A stretch of DNA of 64,000 nt from a virus (IMGVR_UViG_3300042691_019380:1-64000), one strand, 5' to 3'. Positions 38,987-48,518 are shown, numbered from the stretch's first letter. The notes: a model not told the origin generated them from the letters alone. Translations and numbers: made by a program.

Positions 38987-39095
38987 CATGTCTCGCTCCT
39001 TTGGTCTCAGGTGTCATTCACTCGTCTGCGACAAGTATAGGGGATGCCAGGAGTGGTGTCAAGCGAAATCTTCGGTTTATGACACAACTCAAAAA
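38987..39095 (-). promoter_or_regulatory. Early promoter P3 with leader and RBS (TTGACA-N17-TATACT)
   Basis: -10 39034-39039, -35 39057-39062, box 39078-39087. Confidence 0.9.
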
Positions 39096-39126
39096 CCCCT
39101 GTTTTTCGGCCAAAAACAGGGGTTTT
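39092..39126. terminator. Bidirectional hairpin AAAACCCCTGTTTTT-CGGCC-AAAAACAGGGGTTTT
   Basis: 15-bp perfect stem at the end of the HTH gene, upstream of P3. Confidence 0.7.
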
Positions 39127-39418
39127 AGGACCGGCTTTTCCCGGCCTTGTCGGGCTTGAACCCCTGCGGCAGTTGCCCCATGCCTCGACGGCCCTCCTTC
39201 GCCGCCTGGGCTCTCGCTACTGCCTGGGCCTTTTTGTAGGCCTTGACCTCCTCCAGATCGAACGCCGTCGACCGTGGTCCGAGTCGCCACGTAGTCAGCC
39301 GTCCCGTATTCGCAAGCCACCTCATGTTGCTCATCGAGCAGCCGAGGACCTTCGCCGCTTCGCGAGTCATTACGAGCGTCCGATTGCCCGGTGGCGTTGC
39401 CAGTACTTTTTCAGCCAT
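39125..39418 (-). CDS. Excisionase-like HTH DNA-binding protein
   Basis: MTREAAKVLG.S...R.LA..GRL...RLG. Confidence 0.8.
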   Translation of the reverse strand: MAEKVLATPPGNRTLVMTREAAKVLGCSMSNMRWLANTGRLTTWRLGPRSTAFDLEEVKAYKKAQAVARAQAAKEGRRGMGQLPQGFKPDKAGKSRS

Positions 39419-40651
39419 GGTGCTGTTCTCCTCGTAATGAAAGAGACCTCTCGATCGTCCCAATTGAGCGGTCGACCTCCAGATCGCCCGCGTGTTCTTT
39501 CAGCAGAGCCAGGACTTTCCTGGCGAATGCGATGTCTCGCATGTAGCAGACTTGCGAGTCGATGACGTCTGGCGGAGGGAGACTCTCTCGCAGGCCAGCC
39601 TTCTCCCACGCCCCGCGCAGCACAATGGTCTTGTAGAACCTTTCGTCGCTCACGTTGCTCTCTCCTTCTCGAACTGCTTCGCCATGTCTTCTGCCGTCGC
39701 TGGCTTGAGAAGCCTGACGAGATGATGCTGGCCGCAGCCGCAGTAAGCCTTGTCGTCCCCCTTGGTGGAGAACACGACGCGGCCTGTGGTCGGGCAGTAG
39801 CCGAACGCTTCGCACACAGCGCGGAAGTACTCGCTCAGTTCAAGGGCCATGGCCGAATGCTCCAGTAGAATCGGGCTCGCTCCTCGGTCTCGAAAGACTC
39901 TCTCGCGATCGAGCCGTTCACGCAGATGCCCCAGCCGTCGCCTACGTTGACGAAGACCGGCTCGTCTTTTTGTATGCCAATGAGTTTCTCGTACGCCGAC
40001 GCGAACACGACTTGCACTTCGGGCGGCAGAGTCTCGATGGGGACGGACTTGAGGTACTTGTGCGTCGCAGCGCAGAGCGCTGCCGCGTGCGATGCAGTGA
40101 GTTGCGGGTCGTCTAGGTCGAGCCTTGCTCTCGCGTCTTTGACTTGAGACTTGAAAGTCTGTGGGACAGCGCCGTGCTTCTCCAAGACGTCAACGATGCA
40201 CCGCAGGCTCACGGCCTCTTTCTCTGTGAAGGTCTTCATGTCAGTCACTCCGTGATGGGCTCGTGCGTGCCGCCGAAGAAACTCGACGGCGGTCGCGGCA
40301 GTTGCCGCAGGAACTCCCACAGTCCAGCCAGGGTCGTCGTGTAGATGTCCTCGATCTCGATTCGTCCGTCGTCGGGCTGCTCGACCATGGTCCGGATCAC
40401 CACAGACTTGGCAGTCACGTGGGCCTCGATCGTGCATCGCTCGTAGACAGGGTCTTGGACAACGATCGCGAAGTACGGCTCCTCGTCCGGGTCGTAGTCT
40501 CCGGAGTCGGGTTGCGGTCCAGCACGCTCCTCCATGATCGTGTCGTTGAACGGCAGGAGACTCGCGCGGGCCACCACAAGCCCTGGGGCGAACTCCCGCA
40601 CGTACCGTAGGCTCTCGTTGATCGAGTCGGCGACTGACTTTTTCTTCTTGG

Positions 40652-41011
40652 TCACGACGGTTGTCCTTTCACTGCGAGTTGCGATGCCAGCGAGACGCAC
40701 TCGTTGCGGACGTAGTCCTCGTCTCGGAAAACTCCAGACTGACCGATGCCAAGCCTTTCAAGCCCCGGAACGGCGTCACCGGCGTGAGCCGTGTCGAAGC
40801 CCAGCCACCAGCGGTCGCCGTCCTGCTCCTCCCACGGAAGCCTCCAGTCGGACCACGTCACGCCACCGTGGACGTCCAGTTCGTGGTCAACGAACTTGAC
40901 GCCCTCCGGTGCCTGCACGTAGCCGTTGTAATTTTTGAGCAGCGGCCCGCCCCAGGCGATCACGCACTTCAGACCGTGCGACTCAAACTCAGCGACGATG
41001 CGATCGTTCAC
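40652..41011 (-). CDS. Conserved phage hypothetical protein
   Basis: NGYV...VHGGVTW...WW.GFD.AH.GD. Confidence 0.75.
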   Translation of the reverse strand: MNDRIVAEFESHGLKCVIAWGGPLLKNYNGYVQAPEGVKFVDHELDVHGGVTWSDWRLPWEEQDGDRWWLGFDTAHAGDAVPGLERLGIGQSGVFRDEDYVRNECVSLASQLAVKGQPS

Positions 41012-41473
41012 GATTTGATCTCCTTTGCAAGTTGCAGCAAACGCGAATGGTCAGACAGGATCAGGACGACGTCGGCCAGATTCCCTTGGTGCCGTGGATG
41101 CAGGCACATCTCGGGAAACTTCCAGCCGAACTTCTCTCCCTTGAGAATCAGACGCAGCGAGAGGTCGAGCAGGCCAGCGACATGCTGGCACCCGACTTCG
41201 CACTCGTCGAGGTTCTCCTTCGTGACCGGCCTGTCGAAGTCGTGAAACACGACACCGAACAGGCGAGCCACGAACGGATCAATCGTGTCGAGGGCACGAA
41301 AGTGCGAGAGCGAGTCCTCGGGCGTGATCATCTTCCTCTCGGGATAGGCCGACTGGCCGAAAGTCCGATTGAAGACCAACGTCACGCGGCTGGTGCCGAT
41401 CTCGTGCTTCGTGTTGTCGAACGCTGCGGGTTCCGTGTCCATATAAGTAACCTACGCATGTCGTGAGTATTGG

Positions 41474-42166
41474 TCAACCGACTTCTATCCCATCCCGATT
41501 CGCAAACACGCGACTGACTTGCTCCGTATACCCAGGTTGCAGCCTCTCGATCATCGGCAAGTACTGCTCGTTGGGAACTCCGTGGCCGACCTCGAAGTCT
41601 GGCCGGTCTCCGAAAATCCACGCGATGATCGAGCGATACTTGCTGCCGCAGATTTTGTAGTTAATGCACGAGATAGACGGGTCCATGCAGGCCCAGGCCA
41701 AGTCTCGCTGCTTCGCCAAGTCTATGGTCGCATGACGAGTGATCGCCTCGGGCTGCACGGTGCCACGATGGGCGACGTTGCCGAGATGGTCGATGCTCGC
41801 TTGAGCCAAGTCTCCGTAGTACAGGATCGTGTCGCGGACCTTCGGGTGAACTTCGCTCAGGGGCCGCTTCTCGGTCTGCGAGATCGCCTGGGCGACGAAG
41901 TCCTCGTCGGGGAACAGTTTGGTCTCGTCGAGTAGGCTCGCGTCGACCTCGACGATCAGGGCCTTCTCGCCGTTCTTTGTGTCGGCTGCGTTCCAAGCGA
42001 AGTACGGCGCGTACGCCGTTGTCAGGTACGCGAAGTCCGGACGGCTCGGGTACGCCTCCCAGTTCCCTTTTCGTCGCGTGCCTCGCGGCTTGATGCCGTA
42101 GGACATGATGCGAGTCAGGTGCCTGCTCGTCGTGCCGTGATAGAGCCGATTTACGTTGATGGTCAC
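41474..42166 (-). CDS. ADP-ribosyltransferase-fold protein (Tpt1/KptA-like N-terminus)
   Basis: LYHGT....I...GI.PR, YLT, A..FA, LIVEVD. Confidence 0.6.
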   Translation of the reverse strand: MTINVNRLYHGTTSRHLTRIMSYGIKPRGTRRKGNWEAYPSRPDFAYLTTAYAPYFAWNAADTKNGEKALIVEVDASLLDETKLFPDEDFVAQAISQTEKRPLSEVHPKVRDTILYYGDLAQASIDHLGNVAHRGTVQPEAITRHATIDLAKQRDLAWACMDPSISCINYKICGSKYRSIIAWIFGDRPDFEVGHGVPNEQYLPMIERLQPGYTEQVSRVFANRDGIEVG

Positions 42167-42308
42167 TGTCTTACCCTCCCAGCGTGCTGACCAGCGTGTC
42201 GATCAAGTCTCGCACGAGTCTTGCAAGTCTTGAGTCCGTTCCGAGTTCCTGCCCTGCTCGCACGAGCAGGAGAGAGTACAGGAGTTTGTCCAGGGACTGC
42301 TTCATGGC

Positions 42309-42593
42309 TCAATACTCGCTCGGAAACAGGACCGTCGTGACGCTGCGATCCCACTCGGTGATGACCCACACCTTCTCGCCGTCGACTGTGTACGCCGACA
42401 AGAGGCGAGCCTCGCCGCTGGCAGCGGCATCGTCGTTGAGTTTCTTGTCCTCGTCGCAGACGTCTCCCCAGTCCCCAGCGGCATGCCGCTGGAGGCTCCG
42501 TGCGATTCCGACGATCCTCGTCTCGGGGTTGTCCTTGGCCCACGAGTCAATGCCAGCCGTGGCGACAACCTGACCCAGTTCGATGTTCTTCAT
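42309..42593 (-). CDS. Conserved plasmid/phage protein
   Basis: GQVVAT.G, RH..GDWG.V..ED...N, VWVITE.DRS.TT.LFP.EY. Confidence 0.8.
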   Translation of the reverse strand: MKNIELGQVVATAGIDSWAKDNPETRIVGIARSLQRHAAGDWGDVCDEDKKLNDDAAASGEARLLSAYTVDGEKVWVITEWDRSVTTVLFPSEY

Positions 42594-42921
42594 TTTGCCA
42601 CCCCTTCCGCCGCCCTACGGCGGCACTCTTCGATGCACGTCTCGTACTCGCCTCCCGGCCCGTCGAGGCTCGACGTGCTGAACAGGTGGGCGAGTTGATG
42701 GACGATCAGACGCAGGGCTGCGTCGCTGCGGATCGACGTATGACCTACGCCGTCGCGAAACAAAGCCTGGACATGATCGTGAAGTCTCTTCGTGACCGCC
42801 ACGGGGTTGCATGCCCCTTGCTGGATCGCGAGTGCGTCTGAATGTCTGCTCACTGGTTTGGTCTCCTTCTTCTGGAAGTACTCGATCGCTGCTCGCTGCT
42901 CGTCTTGGAGTCTCTTGTTTC

Positions 42922-43743
42922 TCATGGGGTCACCGTGTCCGTACAAGGGATCACGACTCCACACTGCTCACAGAGTTTGGCGACCTCGGCTGCAAGTTCT
43001 TCCGGAGTGTGCGAGCCGCAGCGTCGTGCTTCGCTCGTCGCGACGCAGCCCTCGTCGACTGCCAGGGCAGCCGGGAAGCAGTTGCCCGGAAGGAACCCAA
43101 ACCGCTCTTGATGCGACCAGAACAGCCGACGCAGGCTGGCGTTGTGGCAGAAAACGAACGCCAGACGGTCAACGTCGACCGGCTGGTTCGCAGCCTTGAC
43201 CAGCACCTCGACCTGATGCTGCACAGCCGCCCCCGACTGCCGCGACGTTCCCTTGCAGGCCCACAGTTCCACCCGCAGCCCCAGGCTCTCCAGAACGTCG
43301 ACCGCCGCGAGGACAACGGCACCACGAGCGAAGATCGCCTCGGCCTTCACGCCTGCACTCACGGCGAGATTCACGAACAGCCGCACGACACGCTGCGATC
43401 CGAACCTGCCGACTTCGTACTCGCTGTACGATCCGCAAGCCTCGGGCTCGCCCGACAAGACTCGGCCGACGTCAACGAAGTCTCCGGTGACGTCCCAGGC
43501 AAACTGCTGGCATGCTGCGGTCTTCGATGCCTCGACGCACCGATCGAGGCTCGCCCGAATCTCGGCGACGCGAGCGGCCCCCTCGGCCCAGCCGGTCTGA
43601 GCCAGATACACAGCCTCGCCGAACGTGCTGGTCCCAGAGAAGCCCACACGTCCGACCGTGCGGCTGCTCGTGCCCTTGCCCTGCGGCACCTTGCGGACGT
43701 CTTCGAGGAAGGATTCGTAATCGTGAAATGCGTGGCGAGCCAT
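42922..43743 (-). CDS. vWA-like AAA partner, paralogue 3 (DUF7192-like)
   Basis: GW.EG, WDVTGDF.DVGRVLSGEPE, D.LE..G.RVE, VK, DR.AF, LRRL. Confidence 0.75.
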   Translation of the reverse strand: MARHAFHDYESFLEDVRKVPQGKGTSSRTVGRVGFSGTSTFGEAVYLAQTGWAEGAARVAEIRASLDRCVEASKTAACQQFAWDVTGDFVDVGRVLSGEPEACGSYSEYEVGRFGSQRVVRLFVNLAVSAGVKAEAIFARGAVVLAAVDVLESLGLRVELWACKGTSRQSGAAVQHQVEVLVKAANQPVDVDRLAFVFCHNASLRRLFWSHQERFGFLPGNCFPAALAVDEGCVATSEARRCGSHTPEELAAEVAKLCEQCGVVIPCTDTVTP

Positions 43744-43776
43744 GTCTTGTTTCTCCTGTCGATCGGGCGATGCCCA

Positions 43777-43831
43777 AGTATTGCAGACGTCCGGAGTGGT
43801 GTCAAGCGGCCGGTCCAGGCCTATGACACAA
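43777..43831 (-). promoter_or_regulatory. Early promoter P4 (TTGACA-N17-AATACT) plus box
   Basis: Box 43822-43831 overlaps the last codons of the upstream paralogue. Confidence 0.8.
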
Positions 43832-44633
43832 TCGCTTCCCGTTCTTCTTTCGTGAACGACACGCCGCAAGACTCGCAGACTTGCAAGACTCGTGCGGCCC
43901 TGGCTGCTGCCGTCGCGTCCTCCTGCCTGACCTCGGGCGTCGCGATCGCGCCCTCCTCGACGAGCAGGGGGCACGTTCCCGTGCCGTTGGGCGAGAAGCC
44001 CAGGTCTTCCTCCACCGAGAAGAACAGCCTGCGCAGGCTGGCGTTGTGCGCCAGAAAGAACGCGACGCGATCGGGCTCGAACGGCTGGGCGGCGTCTTTG
44101 ACCTTGACCAGCACGGTGAGTTTCTCGCCGTCCTGGCGACGATGCGATCCGCTGCCGAGCCAGAGTTCGACTCGGTGGCCGAGAGTCTCCAGAACGTCCA
44201 CGGCAGCGAACACAGCGGCGCCTGCGGAGAAGATGCTCTTCTGCTTGACGCCACCAATCGCTGACACGTTCGCGACCAACTTGATCACGCGAGTCGAGGG
44301 CTGCGAGTCTTGGCCTTCGCGAAACGAGCCGCAGCACTCGGGCTCTCCCGACAAGACTCGGCCGACGTCGAGAAAGTCTCCCGTGACGTCCCACTCCAGT
44401 TTGCACGACTTGGCTGCGATCGCCTTGTCGACGACAGACTCCAACTCGGCGCGGAGTTTCGCGAGACTCTCGGCGCCCTCGGGCCAGCCCTTCACGGCGA
44501 GCGAGACAGCCTCCGGAAAAGTAGCCGTTCCGTGGAAGGACTCGTCGAGCCCAGTGTGGGAGACTTTTTCGCCGTTGGTGTCGGCAGCGGCGATGAACTC
44601 GCCGACGGTTTCGTAAGTCACGACTGTGTGCAT
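43821..44633 (-). CDS. vWA-like AAA partner, paralogue 2
   Basis: Same motifs as paralogues 1 and 3. Confidence 0.75.
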   Translation of the reverse strand: MHTVVTYETVGEFIAAADTNGEKVSHTGLDESFHGTATFPEAVSLAVKGWPEGAESLAKLRAELESVVDKAIAAKSCKLEWDVTGDFLDVGRVLSGEPECCGSFREGQDSQPSTRVIKLVANVSAIGGVKQKSIFSAGAAVFAAVDVLETLGHRVELWLGSGSHRRQDGEKLTVLVKVKDAAQPFEPDRVAFFLAHNASLRRLFFSVEEDLGFSPNGTGTCPLLVEEGAIATPEVRQEDATAAARAARVLQVCESCGVSFTKEEREAIVS

Positions 44634-44652
44634 GTGAGTGTCTTTCTGTGTT

Positions 44653-45486
44653 TCAGGACTTGACCAGTTCCGCGATCTGCTCGTCATCGAACGACAGTCC
44701 GCACTTCTCGGCGATCTTGATCACGTTGGACTTGAGGCTCTCGGCCGAGAGGTTGACCGCAGAGAGAATCTCATCGATCTCGACCGTGCCTTCGCGAGTG
44801 CCGTAATCGTCCACCGCCGCAGGGTGGCAGTTCGACGGCGAGTGGCCGTACAGTTCCATCCAGCGGAAGCCGAACCGGCGGAAGAACGACGGGTGCGCCA
44901 CGGTGAACGCGAGACGGTCGGGGTCGACGATCTCATTGGCTCGCTTGGCGGTGACGTTCGCCGTGAGGTGCAGGCCGTGGCCCTTGGTCGCGGTCGAGCA
45001 GATCACTTCGCAGCGGATGCCGCACGACTCCAGAAGATCGACCGCGACCAGCACGGCGACGCCACGGGCAGCGATCGCGTCGGCGCTCACGGCGCCGCTG
45101 ACGCACTGGTTCAGCCGGATCGACACAACCTTCCTGGCGACCGTGTCGCCGTTGTCGAACTCCTGGCCGCAGCACTCGGGCTCGCCCGACAAGACTCGAC
45201 CGACGTCGATGAAGTCGCCGACGACGTCCCAGCCGAACGTCTTAGACTTGCAAGTCTTGGCTGCGTCCAGAAACGCCGCGAGCCCCTCGCGGTGCTTGTT
45301 CACGCGAGCGACGCCGTCGGCCCAGCCGCTGGTGAACAACTTCCCAGCGTCGGCGTATGTGTCGGTCCAGAAGAAGTCCCGGCGGCCGGTGTCCTGGCTG
45401 TTCTGGCTCACGCCCTTTTCGGGACGGGCAAGGTCCGCGAGATACTCGCCGACGGTCTCGTAGTTCTTGGTGACGATCTTGGTCAT
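44653..45486 (-). CDS. vWA-like AAA partner, paralogue 1
   Basis: Same motifs; start MTKIVT after SD. Confidence 0.75.
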   Translation of the reverse strand: MTKIVTKNYETVGEYLADLARPEKGVSQNSQDTGRRDFFWTDTYADAGKLFTSGWADGVARVNKHREGLAAFLDAAKTCKSKTFGWDVVGDFIDVGRVLSGEPECCGQEFDNGDTVARKVVSIRLNQCVSGAVSADAIAARGVAVLVAVDLLESCGIRCEVICSTATKGHGLHLTANVTAKRANEIVDPDRLAFTVAHPSFFRRFGFRWMELYGHSPSNCHPAAVDDYGTREGTVEIDEILSAVNLSAESLKSNVIKIAEKCGLSFDDEQIAELVKS

Positions 45487-45521
45487 GGTGGTGTCTTGCT
45501 CCTGGGCCTGTTCCGTTTCCC

Positions 45522-45560
45522 CGCTCCCCGGCTGGCAAGCCCATAGCCAGCCGGGGAGCG
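45522..45560. other. 15-bp perfect stem-loop between the AAA gene and paralogue 1
   Basis: CGCTCCCCGGCTGGC/GCCAGCCGGGGAGCG; no U-tract. Confidence 0.7.
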
Positions 45561-45581
45561 TGTCCATACAACGCGGTGAGA

Positions 45582-46871
45582 CTAGAGGTTCGCCTCGACC
45601 TTGCTCCGGGTGTCCTTATCGAGTCCCTTCCAGACGCAGGCGTCGAGGACGGCATCGACCGGCCAGCCTGCCCGCAGGAGAGCGACGCCGTTGATGTTCG
45701 CACGGGGCGAGACGATCACACGGACTCCCTTGCCCAACTTGGCGACGGCGTTGCGGATGGCGACGACCTTCCGCACGTACTCCGCCGCACGATCCTCGGC
45801 GACGGCCTTCTCGCCGTCGGTCTTGACCGGGTGGAGTTTGATGCCCTTGGGGGCCGGAGCCTCCGCGAACAACTCGACCGACAGGCCGCACGCCGCCGCC
45901 TCGATCCGGGGATCGTACGGCCAGTCGAGCAGGACGAACCGATCGAGCGTGGCTGCGTCGATCTGCTGCCGCCCCACGTACTGCCGATCAGCACCCTGGC
46001 CGATCGTATTCGCTCCCGCGATCAGCACGAAATCGGCGTGCTTGGCGACCACTGCGTCGGGGAACGAAGCGTGCCCGTTCGCGAGCAGTTGATTGATCAC
46101 CACCAGCACGGCCGGATTGGCCGCGTCGACCTCGTCGAGCAAGAACACGCCGCCGTGTTCGTAGGCGTCTCGGAGTTGCGTCCGGACGACCTTGCCGTTG
46201 GCATCGTGGTAGCCGAGTAGGCTCGACTCCGACGTCTGCGGCCCCACGCTCTTGGCGTAGAACGGCAGGCCGAGCGAGTCCGCGACGGCATGGGCCGACG
46301 AGGTCTTGCCCGAACCGGCGGGGCCGACCAGCCAGAGGTTCCGGCGAGCCGCGACGGCGGCGAGCAGGGCCTCAAACTGGACATGCTGGACGCCGACGTC
46401 GTGGGTCACGCCCTCGACGGTCACGACCTCGATCCGCTGCGGCACCAGGGCCGCGATCCGCTCGTCGACGATCTTGGCGACCTCGTCGCGGTCGACCCCG
46501 GCGTCGGCCGAGCCGCCCTGGACGATGCCCGTGTCGCGGATCGCCTCGGCGATGATGGTCGCCAAGTCCCGTCCGCCGCCGGTGTAGTGGTCGCGAACGG
46601 CGTCGGCGATCTCCGAGTCGCTGTTGACGTGGGTCGCCGAATCGTTACCGTGCCCAGACTTCTCGGCACCGGAAGCCCACAGGCTCAGGCCGCGAGAAGT
46701 CTTGACGACCCGCTCGCCGTTGGGGCCGACGAGGTGGAAGAGGCGGGTCTGGCGACCCTTCTCGGTCTCGCGGGTCTCGACCGACTCGATCGTGAACTCG
46801 CGACCGTCGGCGACGGTGATCACGGCTCCGACCTTGTACGACTGCCACGAATTGTTGGTGACGTTGTTCAC
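45582..46871 (-). CDS. MoxR/CbbQ-type AAA+ ATPase
   Basis: GPAGSGKT, LLDEVD, AGANT.G.G...YVGR..ID.ATLDRF, SPR. Confidence 0.9.
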   Translation of the reverse strand: MNNVTNNSWQSYKVGAVITVADGREFTIESVETRETEKGRQTRLFHLVGPNGERVVKTSRGLSLWASGAEKSGHGNDSATHVNSDSEIADAVRDHYTGGGRDLATIIAEAIRDTGIVQGGSADAGVDRDEVAKIVDERIAALVPQRIEVVTVEGVTHDVGVQHVQFEALLAAVAARRNLWLVGPAGSGKTSSAHAVADSLGLPFYAKSVGPQTSESSLLGYHDANGKVVRTQLRDAYEHGGVFLLDEVDAANPAVLVVINQLLANGHASFPDAVVAKHADFVLIAGANTIGQGADRQYVGRQQIDAATLDRFVLLDWPYDPRIEAAACGLSVELFAEAPAPKGIKLHPVKTDGEKAVAEDRAAEYVRKVVAIRNAVAKLGKGVRVIVSPRANINGVALLRAGWPVDAVLDACVWKGLDKDTRSKVEANL

Positions 46872-46933
46872 TGGGCTTCTCCTTGAAAATCGACTGGGCT
46901 TTACGACGGGTGACGTCCACTCGTCATGCCAGG

Positions 46934-46987
46934 AGTATAGGGGACGCCAGGGGTAGTGTCAAACGGATTTTCCCGTTTATGACACAA
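46934..46987 (-). promoter_or_regulatory. Early promoter P5 (TTGACA-N17-TATACT) plus box
   Basis: -10 46934-46939, -35 46957-46962, box 46978-46987. Confidence 0.88.
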
Positions 46988-46992
46988 CTCAA

Positions 46993-47027
46993 AAAACCCC
47001 TGTTTTAGGCCGAAAAACAGGGGTTTT
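46993..47027. terminator. Bidirectional hairpin, inverted copy of 39092-39126
   Basis: Its reverse complement differs from 39092-39126 at one base; overlaps the Ro60 stop. Confidence 0.7.
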
Positions 47028-48327
47028 GGGCCTCGGACTCGACGATGTACCGGATCACGTTTTCGGAAAATCCGTCCACGTGGACCCATCCGTCCCGGTA
47101 GCCGACGCCGTTCTTGTACGGCGCGACGTTGACCATATATGCACGCTCGGCCTTCGGACGCACGACACGATCGTGCGACTGCTCGTCGGTGATCACGATC
47201 AGGCGATCGTGATCGAATCGCTCGACGTATCGAATCGCTTCGCCGAGACGAGTGCCGCCGTGGTGTTGCGATGTCTCGATCGCTTCAACGCCAGACAGTC
47301 CTCGACGAGGCGGCACTTCCACTACTTCGTCTGAGAACGTGAAGGCACGAAGGTCATCGCAGTTCACGATCGCAGCGAGAGACGCAGCAGCGTCGATTCT
47401 TGTCAAGTCTGATCGACCAGAGAGTGGCGTGTGCATCGAGCCAGAGACGTCGACCAGCACGATTGTCTTGCCAGCGAGAGTCGGCAACTCGTGAATCGAC
47501 GCGAGCATCGCGATGTTGAGCGTCGGCTCAAGAGACGGCGCGGCTTTGGCGGCAGCAACGTAACGAAACGGCAGCACGCGATCCGCGCCGAGCCTGCCCA
47601 GGATCGCGTTCTTGATCAGCGACGTCTCGACGCCAGCCTCGATCATGTTTCGCAGATTGCGAAGCAAGGCGAGATAGCCGATCCGTTGCTCGCGAATCAG
47701 TCTCTCGAACGTGGCCTTCTTGTCGGCTCCCGCAGAGAGAGCGACCTCCCACGTATCGGGAGACGCGAGCGTACCCTCGACGAGAGCCCGCCACGTTGCC
47801 GCTTGCTCGGGTGTGTCGGGCTTGGCGTGACACAGGAACAGGACGTCGCGAAGTTTCACGGCGTCAGGCTTGTTGTATTTGGCGAGTTGGTGCGCATTGA
47901 ACTTCTTGAATGCCTGGGCCAAGCCCTTCTTCATCGGGTTCGAGAGCGGCTTCTTTCCGTCGGCCCAGTAGATCGCGACAAGTTCCGCGAGTTCGTCGGC
48001 ACGCTGAATCGTGTCGGCGATCGCCTGCGAGACAAGTTTGCCCGTGCCGTGCTTGATAAGAGCCTTGAGCAGAAGCAGCGGCACGTGACGAAGATGGAAC
48101 TTCGATCGAGCCTCGACGGCGAGGGCAGCGATCTCGGACGGCTCGACCTTTTCGCACAGGGCGAGGATTCGATCCGCGACGTCGACGCCGTCTTCGTAGT
48201 GCGTCGACTCCCAGAGCAAGCATGTCAGGACGCTGCGTCGCAGTTCCTGGCTGGGGGTGATGCGAACAGCAGGGCCACCCTCGTGGGTGACCACGGCGGG
48301 CGAGACTTGGGCAGTGTTGATTCGCAC
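47005..48327 (-). CDS. rsr: Ro60/TROVE-domain RNA-binding protein with vWA C-terminus
   Basis: THEG, LRH.PL, QRADEL, LAKY, LRDVLFL.H.KP, TWEV.LS, ALLRNLRN, LPFR; DVSGSM MIDAS; ITDEQ; G.SE. Confidence 0.93.
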   Translation of the reverse strand: MRINTAQVSPAVVTHEGGPAVRITPSQELRRSVLTCLLWESTHYEDGVDVADRILALCEKVEPSEIAALAVEARSKFHLRHVPLLLLKALIKHGTGKLVSQAIADTIQRADELAELVAIYWADGKKPLSNPMKKGLAQAFKKFNAHQLAKYNKPDAVKLRDVLFLCHAKPDTPEQAATWRALVEGTLASPDTWEVALSAGADKKATFERLIREQRIGYLALLRNLRNMIEAGVETSLIKNAILGRLGADRVLPFRYVAAAKAAPSLEPTLNIAMLASIHELPTLAGKTIVLVDVSGSMHTPLSGRSDLTRIDAAASLAAIVNCDDLRAFTFSDEVVEVPPRRGLSGVEAIETSQHHGGTRLGEAIRYVERFDHDRLIVITDEQSHDRVVRPKAERAYMVNVAPYKNGVGYRDGWVHVDGFSENVIRYIVESEAQNPCFSA

Positions 48328-48357
48328 GACCGTGGCTCCTGACTGAAGAAAAAAGGA

Positions 48358-48431
48358 TGCTGGCGAGAACAGCGAGACCGGGGAATCAAACGCCTTAGTG
48401 TGAAGTATCCGGCCTCTGCACTACGCCAGCA
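48358..48431 (-). ncRNA. Candidate Y-RNA-like structured RNA 1
   Basis: TGCTGGCG-TAG-stem-TACTTC-loop-stem-TGTTCT-CGCCAGCA; about 30 nt upstream of Ro60. Confidence 0.7.
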
Positions 48432-48442
48432 GTACGAAAAGA

Positions 48443-48511
48443 GTCGCGAGAACAAACGGACACGGCACGGGTTCTTTTCAAGAGAAGTAGCCGTGGCCTT
48501 CGCTACGCGAC
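48443..48511 (-). ncRNA. Candidate Y-RNA-like structured RNA 2
   Basis: GTCGCG-TAG-stem-TACTTC-loop-stem-TGTTCT-CGCGAC; 5' end 7 nt from a predicted -10. Confidence 0.7.
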
Positions 48512-48518
48512 GAGAGTC

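Noticed and set aside
37360-39126. Repeats resembling a CRISPR array
   Set aside because: The units are promoter-plus-RBS blocks separated by whole ORFs of variable length, and no cas genes are present
42811-48342. Long + strand ORFs (e.g. 42811-44616, 44638-45546, 47431-48342)
   Set aside because: Antisense shadows of well-supported minus-strand genes in GC-rich DNA, with no motifs
48358-48511. tRNA genes or a CRISPR/TIGR-type guide array
   Set aside because: No cloverleaf, T-arm or CCA; only two units; no Cas or Nop-domain protein; adjacency to Ro60 explains them better
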